Under the pieces are notes generated by a model. It was not told the origin of the DNA. It did no database searches and saw only the letters and a list, made by a program, of their open reading frames with translations. Both the position numbers and the translations under genes were made by a program. Positions 63,654-64,000 of a DNA stretch of 64,000 nt are shown here, one piece after another. The stretch's first letter is position 1; each line of letters starts with the position of its first letter. The stretch is from Candidatus Saccharimonadales bacterium (lineage in GTDB: Bacteria; Patescibacteriota; Saccharimonadia; Saccharimonadales; DATKHC01), in assembly GCA_038317055.1 (NCBI GenBank), contig JBBQBA010000001.1, forward strand, positions 344,153 to 408,152, in the 5' to 3' direction.

Positions 63654-64000
63654 TGGCTGAGGACATTTCAGATTTAAACATTATAGGAATTGGTGGTCTA
63701 CCAAGATCAGGTAAGGATATGTTAGCTGAACTATTTATTGGTTCTGGCTACTTCGGAGTGTCGCTAGGAGACATCGTGCGTAATATATCTAGAACTAGAC
63801 ACGCCGGTAAACCTGATCCTATTTCTCTGGCAAATAATACTGAAACATCTAATTGGCTTAGACAAACTAAAGGACCAGACTTTGCATTAAAAGAAGCCTT
63901 AGATTTATTTACGAAGGCAAGTAAAAATAATAACTACAAAGGATTACTGGTTTGGAGTATAAGAGCTCCAATTGAAGTCGATTTTATTATCGAACATAAT
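63653..64000 (+). CDS. P-loop nucleotide kinase-like protein (partial; runs off the window)
   Basis: Not in the ORF track. Its ATG overlaps the rpoD stop (TAATG). Translation: [28 protein letters not shown]..., with a Walker A-like GGLPRSGKD. Confidence 0.45.
   Translation, partial: MAEDISDLNIIGIGGLPRSGKDMLAELFIGSGYFGVSLGDIVRNISRTRHAGKPDPISLANNTETSNWLRQTKGPDFALKEALDLFTKASKNNNYKGLLVWSIRAPIEVDFIIEHN

Overview
This is an AT-rich, densely coding bacterial chromosome segment; typical 60-nt lines that I hand-counted give about 33-35% G+C. The gene content suggests, by inference only, a reduced-genome Patescibacteria/CPR organism, plausibly a Saccharibacteria-like epibiont. That content includes PrgI- and VirB6-like type IV secretion genes next to six pilin-like genes, an archaeal-type CarS, a bifunctional PGI/PMI, Mur ligases, many small membrane proteins and frequent start/stop overlaps. 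Recognisable housekeeping genes are valS, argS, groES-groEL (with a tandem CIRCE operator), dnaG-rpoD, murD, murE, tsaC, tsaD, uppP, mscL, msrB and orn. There is also an OmpR/HisKA two-component pair, a MarR-MFS pair, an NRAMP transporter, Hsp20, and four tRNAs (Ser-UGA, Ser-GCU, Ser-CGA, Arg-GCG). Accessory content includes two secreted clan GH-A glycosidases, several large secreted proteins of unknown function, and a single-gene block of higher G+C. The most unusual structure lies directly downstream of tRNA-Arg (9965-12784): six same-strand single-ORF units, each closed right after its stop codon by a 34-nt repeat that grades into the 3' end of the tRNA gene. This looks like a cassette array, but the sites are not integron attC sites and no recombinase is present in the window. 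Other points worth follow-up are the six-paralog pilin battery with Cys-pair ectodomains, a CarS/PHP/CDP-alcohol-transferase operon, a murD-coupled PP-loop enzyme (MurL-like candidate), and a DnaG with all four zinc ligands replaced. No CRISPR array, rRNA gene, transposase or integrase was found. All calls rest on reading the sequence and remembered family motifs; no database search was run.
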